Part shown: positions 61,566 through 64,000 of the stretch, one piece after another | How the letters are laid out: each line of letters begins with the position of its first letter | How positions within the stretch are numbered: the stretch's first letter is position 1 | Source of the DNA: Camelus dromedarius | Lineage: Eukaryota | Length of the DNA stretch: 64,000 nucleotides | Assembly (NCBI RefSeq): GCF_036321535.1 | Contig: NC_087451.1 | Coordinates: 34,286,001 to 34,350,000 of the forward strand | Direction of reading: 5' to 3' | Made by a program: the position numbers and the translations under genes | Notes under the pieces: model-generated | Seen by the model: only the letters and a program-made list of their open reading frames with translations | Told to the model about the DNA's origin: nothing | The model's database searches: none

Positions 61566-62689
61566 AGAAGTGAACGTTACTTATCTCCTCCGTAACCACG
61601 AGATTTACTGTATTATCTCAAAAGGCTCAACTCAACTCTTTTTTCCTTTCACAGAGAATTTCCTGTCCATTCCAGATGAGGACAACCATTCCCTGCTTCC
61701 AACTCTTCCAATAATACAAATATTGTTTGAGACACTGATGTGGAAATGAATGTCACATCTTTATTTTTATTTTTTAAAAAAAATCTTGAACGCTCAGAAG
61801 AGTTGAAAGAACAGTGCTTTGACTTTTCTTGAATTGTGACCTTCAGTGGTGACCTCCTCACATAGATATGCCTAGTTTTTTCTCACCCAGATGAACTAGC
61901 TCTCGAAGGCAACGGCCATGTATTAAACAGGATGTTTCTTTTGTTTTTGATCCTTGCTTTTTAAAAATCCTCCTAGCACCTCCAGTGTTGCTTGATAAAA
62001 ATGGGTGTTTCACGTCTTCCTGCCTCGTCCCGTCTTTGATAATGCCCACGGATGTCCAGGCAGCTGAAGGCAGCAAGGAAGGCACAGGGTAAGATTCTTA
62101 AGACTTGTCGGAATTGTCTGTCATTGTTTCAAGACACAGTCTCCAGGCAAATACACCCTCCTCTCACGTCTCCTTCACACACATCATAACTCCCAGTTGT
62201 ATTCTTAAAACAAACAGTTGCTGAGTGAGTGAGTGAATGACTGAATAAATGCATGGCCGTAGAAATCCAACTTGTGATGACTGGGAAGTGATCAGATGGT
62301 CAGTGACAGAGCGCAGCCTCGGTCAAGGGCTCTAAACTACATCCTGTAAATAGCAAACATGCCCACAGATGGTCTCGAAGGCCCTTTGTCTCCCCGTTTT
62401 TTTTTTAGGGAAGTTTAAATGAACCAATGTCAATCTTCTCTCTTAAGAGAATCGTATTAATTAAGATATAACATATACTCTGAGGCTCTGGGGAAGTTTA
62501 ACTGATTAGAATTCACTGTCGTTCTTTCCTGGACACGGCAGGGGATTAGGATGGTCAGAGAGAGCCGGTCTCCTTCAATACCTCATCCCTTTGACACGGT
62601 TGTGGTCTCGTCTGTGGTGCAGTAGGTGGGAAGGACTATCTTAGAGGCCAGAGCAAAACTGCTCCCCAGTTGCATCCTTGTAAATATGA

Positions 62690-62870
62690 GATGATAAAGC
62701 TATATGCAGAGTGTTGGGTGCATAAATGACCTTCACTCTTCACAAAACTTCTGAGGTAGACATTGTCATTCCATTTAAAAAAATGAGCTAACCAAGAACC
62801 AAAGAAGATTATACAAGATCGCACAGCCCCCGAGGAGCAGAGGAAAGATTGAACCCAGGTCTGTTTAACC
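62690..62870 (-). mobile_element. MIR SINE
   Basis: cttcacaaaacttctgaggtagacattgtcattccattt...gattgaacccaggtctg. Confidence 0.75.
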
Positions 62871-62945
62871 CCAAACTGTTTTTTTTTTTATTCTACGATG
62901 GAACCCTTTCTATGAAAATTTCATTAGTAAAGAACATGTTTTGAA

Positions 62946-63044
62946 GGGGAGGGTAGAGCTCAGTGGTAGAGTGCATGCCTAGCATGCACAAGGTCCTGGG
63001 TTCAATCCCCAGCACCTCCATTAAAAAAAGAAAAGAAAAAAAAA
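62946..63044 (+). mobile_element. Camelid tRNA-Ala-derived SINE with TSD
   Basis: Head ggggagggtagagctcagtggtagag...ggttcaatccccagcacctcca, A-rich tail; TSD aaagaacatgttt at 62929-62941 and 63045-63057. Confidence 0.92.
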
Positions 63045-64000
63045 AAAGAACATGTTTCAGAAAACATAAAACTCAGCAGATTTGCTGTAGTAGGTCTGCA
63101 AGCAGGAAGTGAACATGCAGAAATGGAATTTTTTCAATAATATTCTGGTCCTTTTCCCGTTCTGTTTTTCTCTCCCCGACTGCAACTTTCAGAAAATAAA
63201 GCAGATGCCAGGGAAAGTCGTTTTGCTTATTCTTTGTCCAGGCTTTTGAGAGCAAGAATTCATATAGTCTTTTTTCAAAAGTTACTCCTGCTTTATGAGA
63301 TGGCCTCTTCTCAAAAGTCTTGGGATGCTAATAGCAATTAGGGTACCAGAGGCCAGCTTGCCGGAGAGACAGCAAACTCTCACTGAGTCAGAAGCACTTG
63401 CGTTCTCCCCTCTCTCGCTTCCTGGCACATATTATATATATTTTATAGCCACTAATGTGCAGGTACACCTATGACACACACACGTAATAAACTGAACAGG
63501 TAAAGTGCGTTATTATGCCTTGTCTGGATCATCAAATAACGTGCCGGCTGAACAAAGCCTCTTAGCAGAAAGATTGCAGAGTGTGTTGGCTTTTGTCTCT
63601 CTCCCCTCTCTCCTTCCGCACCCCCACCTGCCCCTCCTTCCCCGGCTCAAAGCACTCCATGTCAGGGCTACAAAGCATCACATTCCTCAAAAGGTTTAAT
63701 CTTTGCAACATTCCAGCGTGCGAGTTATTAAGAGGAGATTGCGAAGGGCTGTGATGATGACTCGATGGAGACTTTTCCTGGATAAAAGGTCCTTGCCTAG
63801 GATTATCTTGACTTCATTTGCGGTAATCCCACCGCCCCCTTGCTTGGTTTTACTTTTCTTGGGGCCGGGGTGGAGGGGAGGCAGGTGCAGGGAGAGCGCT
63901 CTGCTGTGATTGGCAAGGGCTCCCTGGGGACGACGTGAAGGTGGACAGCCACTATTGGAGGAAACTGGGGAAGGGTCCAACAACTCTACTCCGTGGAGGA

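Noticed and set aside
19373-63020. tRNA-Ala(AGC)-like sequences at 19373, 54062 and 62946
   Set aside because: They are SINE heads: imperfect acceptor stems and, where not hidden by the gap, an A-rich tail or TSD.
1-64000. CRISPR array, prokaryotic operon, or endogenous viral coding sequence
   Set aside because: No regularly spaced repeats and no viral or bacterial protein motifs in the ORF track; LTR content is limited to old non-coding MLT1 solo LTRs.

Overview
Mammalian, most likely camelid (alpaca/camel), non-coding genomic DNA. The species call rests on three tRNA-Ala(AGC)-derived Vic-1-type SINEs and a camelid-type LINE-1 3' end. I find no supportable protein-coding exon, rRNA, true tRNA gene or CRISPR array in the 64 kb, so this is either intergenic DNA or the interior of a very large intron; I cannot name the locus. 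The window is a fairly GC-rich patchwork of old eutherian repeats: L2 (including two ~2 kb relics with ORF2 motifs), MIR, L1M, MLT1 LTRs and many hAT MITEs (MER3, MER5, MER20, MER53, MER58). Several unique stretches between them carry promoter- or enhancer-like motif clusters. There are two short N gaps, both inside young repeats. Repeat family names come from recalled consensus sequences and boundaries are approximate unless a TSD is given. I see no evidence for a new multi-gene system. The best leads are small: a 72-bp locally templated copy of an L2 segment with fold-back hairpins at both junctions, a MER53 hairpin with a miR-1302-like arm and intact seed, an L1 insertion with an apparent ~30-nt 3' transduction, a 70-bp Z-DNA tract beside a CpG-rich stretch and a bulged hairpin, and an octamer-rich candidate enhancer.
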